A model generated the notes under the pieces. That model was not told the origin of the DNA. It did no database searches and was given only the letters and a program-made list of their open reading frames with translations. A DNA stretch of 64,000 nt from Penicillus capitatus (Eukaryota > Plantae > Chlorophyta): assembly GCA_965649825.1 (NCBI GenBank), contig OZ287695.1, positions 1,477,288 through 1,541,287 of the forward strand. Direction: 5' to 3'. Of the stretch, positions 13,801 through 25,144 are shown piece after piece. The stretch's first letter is position 1, and every line of letters begins with the position of its first letter. The position numbers and the translations under genes were made by a program.

Positions 13801-14500
13801 CTTAATTCAGGTATGTTCCTTTTCCGTGTTCACAGAATGAAACACTTGTGCTAGATTCAACAAGGTGCAAACGAGGAACTGTTGGCCGAAATGGACACGA
13901 GTCGACACGGCCTCGCAACTTCGACTCGTTGATATCACATGAAGCGAAGTGCTACTGGATGTTACCCAGAAGAACCTGTCCCAGAGGCCGAAGGACGTAA
14001 AATCAGGATGACAGACCACACCTGATCTTCAGAGAAAAGAGACGGGCAGGTGTGGCCTTGGAGGCAACAAATCCGGCAGGAGGAGCTTCAACTCAGATTC
14101 TGAAGCATGCTTGCAGACTGTCTTTCCAGCAATCCAGCTCTTGGAAACAGTCAACGCCGAGAGGCAGCTGCACTACTGACCAGAACACCCATTTACACAC
14201 ACGAGGCGTCAGCACTCTCCACGTCTTCGGAGGCGCATTGATCTACATGAATTGCCCTCTGGGATGCGCCACGATCTGAATGTTGAAGGTATGTCATTGC
14301 AGTGCACGAGTGGATGCCTGAAATCGACGTGGTCATCGTTGCAGATGAGTTCTGTGGATGGCAACCGAGAATCAAACGACCGAATGACTGCGAGGACAGT
14401 TTGGGAGAGTTGGCGAAGAAACATGCCGTTTCAAGATGCCACTGCTTCCTTGATGGTAACTCTGCAGACTTCATCCACGGCGGGACAGAAGGCTCCCAAC
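10845..14500 (+). pseudogene. Degenerate L1-type ORF2 (APE endonuclease - RT - CCHC)
   Basis: TLDRIL (10848) and GDH (10947) resemble APE RLDR..SDH. SQNQ..KKR, EKRVK*AALM..PVCLQKG, QGCNTSP (12573) and KIRGVKL..FADE (12714) resemble the L1 RT motifs with L1-like spacing. CPLGC (14253) and VWESWRRN (14399) resemble the L1 C-terminus. Many stops and frameshifts. Confidence 0.7.
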
Positions 14501-14934
14501 TCGCGAAGATTCATATCATCCCGAGTGTGTTCAGCAGAAGGGCTCGGATGCTGCACAGAAAGCGCAGAAAGAACAGAAAGAACCGACGTCAAGCAAAGAC
14601 ATCACGAAAGACATCAATCGACGCGGAAACCGAATCTCCGACCTGATGGACCAGATCACAGAATAACCAAGAGTTTCGACACTTCCGAGTCCATTGGAGA
14701 CCAGTCCATTGACTCGTTACGCAGACTGCTGGAGAAGCTTGACTAATCTGAAGAAGCACGGTGCCAGACCAATGCAGCAATGGAGAATCGTGTACCAAAT
14801 CCCAGCAGCAGCACAAAACACCACCCCCTGCAGCGGCGGCCGAAGACGTTTGGGAGGATGGTTGGGCGTCAGGGAGGAGAGAGCGTGGCCAGCGGCACTC
14901 GTCGAAGGAGTGCCGACAACTGTCGAGTGAATCG

Positions 14935-15461
14935 GTAAGTGAATCCCAGTCGTAGGTCTTCGGATCGGCATCCAGGGCCGTCTCTTCTGTCTCTTTTCCT
15001 TTCTCTTCCCTGGATACTCGTCTTATCGTTCTGGGCGGCGCGACTTCAATTGTTCTTCTGCGTGTTTATCTATTCACTTCCACTTCAAGCATCCTTTTTT
15101 CCGTTGTTTGCGTTTCTTGACAATCTTCTAGATGCAGCTGTCTCCTGTGTATTGTTCTCTTTTTGTATATTCTGTTTTCACCTTTTCATTTACTCCACGA
15201 CTGTAATGGATCTTTCTGTCTTTTTAAAACAATCATTCGTTGCGCCGCCCCCTATTGCATGTGTTTTCATACTCCTGTTCTTTTCTCTGTCCTACCTGCC
15301 TGTAAGTTTCCAGTTCCATGTGTGTTTCTTTTTTTTCCTGTGTGTCGTTCGTCCTCTTTCATTTGCTTTCCTTGCTGCTTCGTGTGTTTTTTCTTTTTTT
15401 CTGTTCCTGGTCCCTTTTGGACCCCTTTCCTTCATGTCCACGCAGCGCGCCGGATCCGAAG
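14935..15461 (+). other. Structured ~527-nt U-rich intron (unit 1, copy 1)
   Basis: GTAAGT donor and GATCCGAAG acceptor. Helices 14955-14969/15449-15464, 14970-14977/15008-15015, 15033-15044/15239-15250 and 15409-15413/15419-15423. Confidence 0.6.
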
Positions 15462-15858
15462 GCCGGTGCTGAGAGATTCGGCCGAATCACACTGGGAACT
15501 GTCTCCATTCCCAGCGGCTGCGTTTCGATACTGGTGCTGGCCACTGATGCTCAATCGGATGCGTCGTTGGCACCGTCAGTCGCAGGTAAACATTCGTCCA
15601 CCCTAGGAAACAGATCTCACTCTTTTGTCGCAGATGACGACGGGCTCATCCAGTTTCCGGCATTCGAGCCATTGAAAAAGATCTCTCTCCTTCACCGGCC
15701 GCCGCTTGGCAACATGGGGGACTCAGCGCACCTGGGCAGAGGAGGATATCACCGAGAAAGGGCAGGCATTGAGGAGGGGATGGGATGGGATGGAGAAGAC
15801 TCAGTGCTCCATTCCCAGCAGCACAACTGAAACAAAGAGTGACCAGATCGACTCCTGG

Positions 15859-16385
15859 GTAAGAGGCTTTCGGATCGATACCCAGAGCCGTCTTTTCTGT
15901 ACCTTTTTCTCTTCTCCTTTCTTTGGGTACCCGTTCTCTCTCGTCTGGGCGACAGAGTCTGTGTTCTTCTGCTCTTTTTTTTTCTTTTCTTGTTGATTGT
16001 CGCAGATTCTGTCGCCCCTTTCCTGCACGTGTTTGTTTCGCTCACTTTGTGTTTGTCTTTCATTTTTCATTATTTAATTTGTTTGTTCTGTACTGTGTTT
16101 ACATTTCACTGATCTTGTGTTTTTCCTATTTTGTTTTCTAACTCGTTCTCGTCGCTCAGTTTTCCTATTGTCTCGTTCTTGTTTGTTCTCATTCTGTCTG
16201 GAGCTGTATCACGTGCAGCTTCCTTACTGTCATCCCACCCTCTCCTTTCTTGATATCGTCTTTTTTTCTTTTAAATGTATGCGTGTATGTATTGCTTTTT
16301 ATTCTCTTGTGGTTTTTTCTGTTTTGAGTCCCTTTTTTGATCGGGACTCCTTAATGCATGTCCGCGAAGCGCGCCGGATCCGAAG
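15859..16385 (+). other. Structured ~527-nt U-rich intron (unit 2, copy 1)
   Basis: GTAAGA donor and GATCCGAAG acceptor. Helices 15863-15876/16377-16388, 15879-15887/15921-15929, 15947-15961/16003-16017 and 16326-16332/16343-16349. Confidence 0.6.
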
Positions 16386-17239
16386 CTCTCCGACTGGTTC
16401 ACTCACCCTGGAGACCTGCTGCTTTATCGACTAACTGCCTCTGCCTCGCCAGATTCTCTGCCCAGGTTGCACGAAAGAATCCGTCCGCTGCAAGTGTGCA
16501 ACTACTACTTTCATGGTCCAAATCTCATTCTTTGATGTGACAGCTGAGGAGTCGCAGTGCACAGATCAGTAACAGGAAGGAAGCAGAGACGGATTTAAAG
16601 ACATCTCTGGTCACGGTTTATTTCGTTCTTTCATTTTGACTTTTTGACATTCATCTGTCGTCAATTGACATCAGCTGCTTCTTTTGTGTTACCATTGTCT
16701 CTTTGGCTTTCTGGTTGATATGTGGAATTAACCACTGCAAAATGAAAACAATGATCTCCCGTTTTTGCGAGCTGTCGAACCTTTTGTTATTCTTCACGGA
16801 CTGACAGAAAAGAAGTAGAAAAGGTCGTTGAAATTAACAAAAGTATCTACCATTAGACGATGCAGTGGTCAGTCTCATAATATGTTGTGCTTGTCCCCCC
16901 ATTTTCCTCCGCAGTGAAAGCACGAGGGTGTCTGCGTGGATAGGATGTGTCATCCTGTTGTTAGGCATAGTCAGTGAGTGACGATTGTACTGCGCCAACA
17001 AAGATTAAAGTTGTGTGGAGACATGTAATCGGCATTCTTCGTTTATGCAGATGTCCGCTACCCAAAGAAGACTGGCGGAATTCGAAGTAAAGGCAGAACT
17101 CAAGAAACCCAGATTCGACATTACCGAAATGTTTGTCCCCATTCTGTTCAGTATCGAGTTTTTTTTTCCGCGTCAGATCCAACATTGAACAAGTTCACGA
17201 GGATGAGTGAGACACAGTCTGGTAACACCATAGGACATG

Positions 17240-18260
17240 CTACTTGGCACTTGCCGATCTTCGCTGCTGCGACCTATCATCCAACTGTCATGGAGGGATG
17301 CGAGATGAAATGCTCGCTATGTTTTCCGTATTTAGAATTTGTGGACATTCTTTTAGACGCCAGCTGCTCGTCCAACACGCTGAGGTGCTTCTTGTGGCGT
17401 GCGATCACGGGCTGCACTGCCGAACGACATCGCTGGAGATGAAGAAGCCGCGAAACGGTTTGTGTGTACTCGCCTCCGGAGTAGGTGACTCTGGGTAGTT
17501 TTTACACTCCACATGGGTCTCGCTGGAGTGCTCTACTAGTTACCCCGTTAGCAGAGAGGCTGAAAGTCGCCCTCTATTCCGAGTTGGCCTATAACCCTGT
17601 AACGAAAGAACGGTCTTGCCGCCGACGTAACCGTTGTTCCCTTATCGTGCATCTTCGAAGGAGAGTGTCACTGGACTGTTACGATATTGGAACTCGTCGA
17701 TGTTGCATCTCGCAAACTTGATGGCTTCTCTTCTTTGGCAACCATCAGTGAAGATGTGTCTGCTAGAAGTCAATAACGCACCTTCCTATACCATTGTTGC
17801 AGATGGACCTCTCTCGAGGTAGAAGACAGTTGGCCATCTCATTCAATGAAGTTAATCATCATTGCACACGACGCGTGACATCAACTGCCCGGAGGCAGCG
17901 GTACTCCATTCTCCTGAGGATTGGCATCACGGGAGCAGTGACGAGGTTTCCTAGTCTGAGTGCTTCGTGTGAGTTACAGCAGTTCCGTGTCACATCATCG
18001 TTGAGATTATCTATCGATCTGGTTTGCGAATGCAACAGCATCAATCTCTTGTGAACAAGATTACACTAAAGCAGCGTGGTCGCTTCGAGATTGAATGCAG
18101 ACTCCATAACAGTTCCAAGACAACAGTCATTCTATCCGAGACAGCCTCGATGTCAGACGATCCCAGAATTCGGCAAACCATCTATCTTCCCAAGCTGTTC
18201 AGCTGCAGACCCCCTTCAGCTGCTTAGTATGAAAAATCTACTTGTGGCAGCAATACAAGT
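17240..18260 (+). pseudogene. Possible degenerate LRR-type gene fragments
   Basis: LADLRCCDLSSNCHGG and PLQLLSMKNLLVAAI weakly resemble LxxLxLxxNxLxG repeats. Frames are broken. Confidence 0.25.
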
Positions 18261-19086
18261 TCGTGTATGTTTATGCATCACGGTACGAAGTACCACATTC
18301 GTTGCGAATCTACAAGATAGGAAAACCTGATTCAGATCGTATTCTGAACTGTCTGTAACCAGCATATATTATGAATGACCATCCTTGCTATGAACGAATA
18401 TGCAGCAGTCTCTCCGTGGACATAGTGTACACCTCTAAACGCGAACGCATCACGTGGCCTCCTCCATTAACTATCCCTGCACCTCTGTTGCGCCATGCGC
18501 TTTCATACCCTTGCATTCTTCATGACGAGATTCTGTGACTACCCTGGTCCCTGAGCGCCTAAAGCTCACACTTGTCACACAGATTATCAACTCTGACAGA
18601 ACAGACATGCGTTTTGCCAGAACAGCCCGTTTGTGGTGGAAACAAACTATTCGTGCAGGGTACACTTGTGTCGCTGAGATCTCGGCGCATTCGCGCCTCT
18701 TTTCAGACAGCTGAACACGTCCAGACATTGCTTGCGCCTCTGTTTTCTGCGTCAGAAAAGGAGACTCTTTGGCCGTCTTCTGTAAAGACAGTGACCAATC
18801 TCAATCGAAACTGCAAAGTTGCGTAGAAAAAAGTAAAAGAAGCACACTCTTCTTTCTGCCCGACCCACAGAACCGATTCTTGCCACTCTATCCATCACTC
18901 CGACGCTAAAGATCCTCCTGTTGACGTTCTCTTCTGGCGGTATGGCGTCTGTCGGCGCGATCTCGTTGTCACGGCTGTCGCAGCCGCAACCGGAATGTCA
19001 TCTACGGGTCGCCATCGGCAACTGCTAAACGACTTTCTTCTGCGCAGGCGTTCGTCCTCAGCTCTCTCCGACGCTCCACTTTGACG

Positions 19087-19930
19087 ATGGCTACGATGTC
19101 AATGGATGAGGCCTTTGCCCAGGCCATGAACATCTATGAGTAGGTTCTGCTTTCTTCGATACGCGTCGCTCTTCTTCGGCGGTGTGGCACTTCTGTCGGT
19201 TATTCCGGACTTCCATGACGTTGCAGCGACCTCTGTATTGTCGTTATCTTCCATGTCGCTGAACGCAGGGCGTTTCGGTTTTTTCGCTTATTCTGCAACA
19301 TTTGCTATATCCTCCCTCCTCTTTTGGCGGGAAATCTGACCGGTCTTGTGTTCTGTAGTTTGGAGAGATTGACACTCTCCAAAGTGTTGAGCTGCCTCGC
19401 CCCTGAGCCCTTTTGCAGCATGCCATTAGAGGCTCGCGAGAGTCTCTTTTGGCGGGTTAAAGTCGAGACGACCCGTGTCCAGGCGCAAGAAGTGATCCGG
19501 CAGCGCTTCCCTCCGGGAACGCAACGCCGAGGAGCGCGTGTGTTGACACGCGAAGAACGCGCTGAGCGATTGGGCTCGCACATAGACGCCGAGCAGACAA
19601 CAGCAAGATCCCGTTAACCTTGCTTTCTTACATCCAGTATTCCTTTTTACAGATACCTTCGCATCCGCCGCCACAACCCTGCCAACCTCAGTCCCAGCCG
19701 ACGCCGATGAGCTGTCCGTCGGAGGAGATGGACTGGGAAGCAGATCCCGGTCCATCTCCTCCGGCGGACGGGACATGGGGTTCCAATGGGACCGATGTCC
19801 TCATGTACTGTCAGACAATCCGCTATGTAAGTTCCTGTATTTTTTATTGACCTAATATTTTCGTCGCTAGTTTGTCGGTTGGGACATACCGCCGCCCATG
19901 GGTGCTCCGACATCCTGCCTGTTTTACTGA
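19087..19930 (+). CDS. Intact spliced ORF1-position protein, copy 2 (exons 19087-19139, 19359-19602, 19653-19826, 19871-19930)
   Basis: Intron phases 2, 0, 0 as in copy 1, with a GC-AG second intron. Open frame: MATMSMDEAFAQAMNIYD|LERLTLSKVL..RESLFWRVK..GARVLTREERAERL. Confidence 0.7.
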
Positions 19931-20073
19931 CTTTTTAATGTCAGTAGATAAAAATTAAAAGAATAAATATTCTCATAATTCTCACATATCACACTTCTGG
20001 AAAAGTGTAATAAAACAAAAAAATGAATAATCACGCTGGAAAAAAAGCAAAAAAGCACAAAAATTTCTTTCTC

Positions 20074-20163
20074 ACTGTCAGCGGGGGCTTTCTGTTTTCG
20101 TTTCTTTGCTGTTTTCGTGTTTTGACTGTCAGCGGGGGCTTTCTGTTTTCATTTCTTTGCTGT
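20074..20163. repeat. 39-bp direct repeat, 51-bp period
   Basis: ACTGTCAGCGGGGGCTTTCTGTTTTCRTTTCTTTGCTGT at 20074 and 20125. Confidence 0.9.
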
Positions 20164-20599
20164 CTTTGTATTTTGGCGCGGTCAGTCATAAGTTGGTGTT
20201 TGTTTTCATGCATGCAGACTTTCGGATCTTAGACTTTTCAGAATGGAAGAGTTCGATTACGATTATGCCTGTCCATACGAGGAAGTTGGCTGTTTTTTTT
20301 TTCTATTGAATGTGGCAATGGATGCGGACGTAAGTGATGTGGCCGATTCTGGACTAGTTCGATTTGCTGTGAAGCGGTAGATGTTTGATAGATGACCTTT
20401 TGTGGCATTTGTTTCTGACATGTTTGGTTTGCTGGGAAAGAGACGGATGCTTGATGGATGAGTAGCATGATGCAGTTATCGCAGAGTGTTCGGTTTTCTT
20501 GTGGTAGTAGATACTAAGGTGTCTGCTTCCTTTGGAAGAGGTGTCTGGCTGTCGCGATGGACTGTTTTTCTGGAGTAGATAATAGTGAGGTCTCATGCA

Positions 20600-23500
20600 G
20601 AGGTAGATCACATGTCGAATCGGATTCTGGAGCATTGGATGAGAGGCAATCTGGATCCGCGAGGAGGTGGAGTGAGCGTTGAATGGACATTTCGACTTAT
20701 TGCGAGCAACGGAGATCGTTCTCTTTACAGTTCACGTCTGCTGGCTACAAACAGTCATGAGAAGGACCAGTCATGCATAGGAATCGGCATGGCAGCAAAA
20801 GCAATCCTCACAGTAAGGTACAGTTCTGTTTTCCATTGCTAGCTGAACATCTACATTGGACGGCAGATCGTACGAAGACATCTGATAGTCAATCTGCCTT
20901 GAAGAGGCTATTTCAGAAGAAGGGAGATCAGCAAACCATCGACATCGTTCGACAGAGTACAAGGTACCCGAAGATCCTGTCCCATCCACTCTGTGAAGAC
21001 AAGATCATCAACAGTGTTGGCTGCAGTGAAAATGGACATCCTTGACGTAAGTTCTCAATTCAATGGCCGCAGCACTATGAGCGCATTTCGATAGGGGAGC
21101 ACAGAGAAAGGTCAAGAAAGTCAATGCCCAAGCCATGGTCCGTCGAGGTCCGAGATCTGATTTTCGTCCCATAGATGATTCCACTGTCAGCTAATGGTGC
21201 AGCCAACGGATGTTAACCGACCGAAGTACGTGGATCAAGATGCGGCTTAGACAGATTGGAAAATGTCTTGCCTTCAGTCTGCGATCATTCCGGAGATGCC
21301 AAACCATCGGAGGCTCTACAGTAGGCGATTCGAAGAAGTCAGGAAGCAAACATTGACAGCAAGACCAAGAAAACGAAAGACTTCAATCATGAAGTGAAAT
21401 TGAACTCTTCAGCGTCGTCCAGTTTAGTCATTTCCAGACAACTCCAGCGATCAAGAGACCCTGCTGGACACGGCAACGAAGATGTGAATCGATTCCAGGT
21501 CTGTCCACTCTCTGCTGAACACTTGATGGACGTACATGCCACAGAATCGACCGGTGTTGGAGAAGAGATGTTCGTCTGATTCGTTCTTGCCGAGTTGCGG
21601 AAATCCTTTGGACAGAATGAGACTTCAGGGACATGAATGCATTCGCTGCATACCTCAGTGCAGGACAAGGATGATTCGGATAGCGACGGTGGTCACGCAT
21701 GCAGATGAAGGTGTCTCATTCGTTTTTTTCGGTTGAGAAACAGGTGTGAAATAGGCTGAGCTCATGCAAGAGAAAACCAATCCTGTTTGTTTGCAGAAGG
21801 GAGTTGCACGGCAGGAAAACGAGTTGCCAAATCGTGGCAACGTGCTACAGCAAGACGAAGGTTGCAACACCTCATCGCTGGGTCTCTATTCGGAGCTTGA
21901 AGGCAATGGACGGAGAACTGAATCTCTAAAGTCCGCTATAGGAAAACAAGATAAGAGGCGTCACAGTTTTCGGAGACTGTGAGAGAACAACTGAAAACCT
22001 GAAGATCTGAGGACGGGTGAGGGCTTTACATGTCATTTCTCGCACAAAGGCGTCTCTGCAGGTGATCAGAAAGATCTATCAAACATCACGGCACAGTGAA
22101 TCGCCTTCCAGCGGACTCCATAACTCGATTCGTCTGGCTTAACATCTCGAAGTCTCCCAGACACGATGCAGTGGACAGACCTCCTCCGCCCGACCACGAG
22201 ACCAGCGGAACCATCCTCGGTGGAGTATCCAATCAGAAAAGGAAGAAGACGATGATCCTCTATGCAAGCACGTTGTGCATGAGTGGTCAATGTCTCAGAT
22301 GCTGATGGTTTTGTCTAGGCAACAACCCTCGGTGAGTGCTCAGTCGATCAGCTATTCACAGTGGTTTGCTATCGACAACTGCTTCCATCGACGCATTCTG
22401 TCAGAGGCGATGGGAGAATGGCTTGAGTGAGATGAGAGCCGATTTCAATCTCGATCGTTCGAAGACAGAGTCAGTCCTCCATCACAGAACGAAGATTCCG
22501 AGTGCATCGACACTTTCTATCTGGCGCCAATCAGTCCTTCTTTAAAGAAGGGTTTCACTCGCTGGCGACATTGACGGTAGAAGCCGGACCAGCTGGACTG
22601 TATGTCGAAAGCTCAATGACGAGATAATTCCAACAAACACGTTGTGACTCGTCCTCGAAGACCAGTTCGCATTGATGCAGATCAAACGACCAGGTTCTGG
22701 TTGACTGGATTTCCGCTGCGACAAGGAACCAGCTGTGCCGCAAACGGAGTCTGTTCCACGAGAATAAGCGTCTGGAGAATCCATTCGAATCTCAGAGAAA
22801 GAGTTTGGCAGTCGAATCACCCAGGTGAATTCTTGTGATTGTTTACAACGGTGAGAAATCCAAGGCTGGCCGCCAATCACTATGGAGTTTGAATCCTAGA
22901 TGGCGGACGATATGCATGGTTTCGTCAAAGACTGCTGCTGCGCACACAGACAACGGCGTGGTCGACAGGAATCAGCATCCGAAGCTGGAGAATTCTTGTG
23001 CCTGCAGAGTGTTCAAACTCTTTTCGCTAGCATGGCAGTTCTGCAACAGTCTACATTTTCCAACTGCTGAAGAAGCAATCGACCTCTGTTGTTTTGTCCT
23101 GATCTTAATTCAGGTATGTTCCTTCTCTGTGTTCACAGAATGAAACACTTGTGCTAGATTCAACAAGGTGCAAACGAGGAACTGTTGGCTGAAATGGACA
23201 CGAGTCGACACGGCCTCGCAACTTCGACTCGTTGATATCACATGAAGCGCAGTGCTACTGGATGTTACCCAGAAGAACCTGTCCTAGAGGCCGAAGGAAG
23301 TAAAATCGGGATGACGGACCACACCTGATCTTCAGAGAAAAGAGACGGACAGCTCCTTGGAGACAACAAAGTACGCAGCGGAGTCTCAAACTAAACTCTG
23401 AAGCACGTTTGCAGACTGTCTTTCCAGCAATCCAGCTCTTGGAAAGAGTCAACCCGACTCGAAACTGCATGCACTACTGACCAGAACAGCCATCGTGACA

Positions 23501-23800
23501 CGAGGCGTCAGCACTCTCCACGTCTTCAGAGGCGCATTGATCTACATGAATTGCCCTCTGGGATGCGCCACGATCTGAATGTTGAAGGTATGTCATTGCA
23601 GTGCACGAGTGGATGCCTGAAATCGACGTGGTCATCGTTGCAGATGAGTTCTGTGGATGGAAGCCGAGAATCAAACGACTGAAAGACTGCGAGGACAGTT
23701 TGGGAGAGTTGGCGAAGAAACATGTCTTCCAAGATGCCACTGCTTCCGGGATGGTAACTCTGCAGACTTCATCCACGGCGGGACAGAAGGCTCCTGACAC
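20600..23800 (+). pseudogene. Degenerate L1-type ORF2, copy 2
   Basis: Homologous to 10845-14500 (NRILEHW..GDRSL, PQNRPVLEKR, EGCNTS, KIRGVT, CPLGC, VWESWRRN), with multiple stops. Confidence 0.65.
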
Positions 23801-24231
23801 GCGAAGATTCACATCATCTTCGAGTGTGGCCAGCAGAAGGGCTCGGATGCTGCACAGAAAGCGCGGAAAGAGCCGACGGCAAGAAAAGACGTCACGGAAG
23901 ACATCAGTGACATGAACATCGAATGTCCAACCCCGGTGGACCAGATCACAGCAGACACACCAGGAGTTTCGACACTTCCGAGTCCATTGCAGATCAGTCC
24001 ATTGACTCGTTACGCAGACTGCTGGAGAAGCAGGACAGATCTGAAGAAGCACGGTGCAAGACCAATGAAGCAATGGAGTATCGTGTACCAAATCCCAGCA
24101 GCAGCAGCACAAAACACCAGCCCCCTGCAGCGGCGGCCGAAGACGTTTGGGAGGATGGTTGGGCGTCAGGGAGGAGAGAGCGTGGCCAGCGGCACTCGTC
24201 AAAGGAGTGCCGACAACTGTCGAGTGAATCA

Positions 24232-24736
24232 GTAAGTGAATCCCAGTCGGAGGTCTTCGGATCGGCATCCAGGGCCGTCTCTTCTGTCTCTGTTTCCTTC
24301 CTCTTCCCTGGATGCCCGTCTTATCGTTCTGGGCGGCGCGAATTCAATTGTTCTTCTGTGGTTTTCCCCTTTTCACTTCTGCTTCATGTATCCTCTTTGC
24401 GTTGTTTGTGAACATCTTTAGATGCAACTGTTTCCTGTGATTTTCTCTTTTTGCCCTTTTCCTTGATCCACTACTGTATGGTGGTTCTTTTCTGTTTTTT
24501 AGTTTATCATCCGTTGCGCCGCCCCCTATTGCATGTGTTTTCATACTCCTGTTCCTTTCTCTGTCCTACCTGCCTGTAAGTTTTCAGTTCCATGTTTGCT
24601 TGATTTTTTTCTGCGGGTCGTTCGTTTTCTTTTATTTGCCTTCCTTGCTGCTGCTTCCTATGTTTCTTTTTTTGTTTGTCCTTTGTCCCTTTTTGGACCA
24701 TTTCCTTCATGTCCACGCAGCGCGCCGGATCCGGAG
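24232..24736 (+). other. Structured U-rich intron (unit 1, copy 2; 505 nt)
   Basis: GTAAGT..GATCCGGAG. Helices 24252-24266/24724-24739, 24265-24274/24306-24315, 24331-24341/24514-24524 and 24685-24688/24695-24698. Confidence 0.55.
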
Positions 24737-25144
24737 GCCGACGCTGAGACGATTCGACCGAATCGCACTGGGAACAGTCTCCATTCCCAGCGGCTGCGTT
24801 TCGATACTGGTGCTGGCCACTGATGCTCAATCGGATGCATCGTGTGGCACCGTCAGTCACAGGTAAAAACATCCATTCTGCCCTACAAAACAGATCTCAC
24901 TTTTTTGCCTCAGATGACGACGGGCTCATCCAGTTGCCGGCATTTGATGCCATGGCATAGGATATCTCTCCTTCACCGGCCGCCGCTTGGCAACATGGGG
25001 GACTCAGCGCACCTGGGCAGAGGAGGATATCACCGAGAAAGGGCAGGCATTGAGGAGGGGAGGGGAGGGGATGGGATGGAGAAGACTCAGTGCTCCATTC
25101 CCAGCAGCACAACTGAAACAAAGAGTGACCAGATCGACTCCTGA

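Larger units (their letters stand above)
14640..16535 (+). pseudogene. Spliced 3' module ('ORF3') of unknown function; introns 14935-15461, 15586-15633, 15859-16385
   Basis: Removing the three introns joins ..KECRQLSSES|AGAERFGRITLGTVSIPSG..SVA|DDDGLIQFP..HRPPLGNMG..DQIDSW|LSDWFTHPGDLLLYRL.. in the two-copy consensus frame. Each copy alone has small frameshifts. Confidence 0.5.
8648..16553 (+). mobile_element. L1/Tx1-like non-LTR retroelement derivative, copy 1 (spliced ORF1 + dead ORF2 + spliced 3' module)
   Basis: Collinear with 19087-25854, with homology ending at GATGTGACAG..GAGGAGTC. ORF2 relic motifs appear in L1 order. No poly(A) tail or TSD was identified. Confidence 0.7.

Noticed and set aside
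10845-14500. Alternative genetic code (TAA/TAG = Gln, as in some ulvophytes) explaining the in-frame stops
   Set aside because: Host genes end in TAA/TAG (IDH, TSR3, AP2S1, AspRS), and the relic also contains TGA stops and frameshifts.
15690-15780. HDV-like ribozyme (GGCAACA motif)
   Set aside because: I could not build the P1/P1.1/P2/P3/P4 double pseudoknot, and the block reads as an open exon.
14975-15900. Group II intron domain V (GAGCCG/GGGCCG motif) or snoRNA within the structured units
   Set aside because: No matching DV 3' arm, no GUGYG..AY ends, and no C/D or H/ACA boxes were found.
7609-16565. CAGTGCAC at 7615 and 16555 as a target-site duplication for copy 1
   Set aside because: An 8-bp match with no independent evidence for a 5' boundary there; likely chance.
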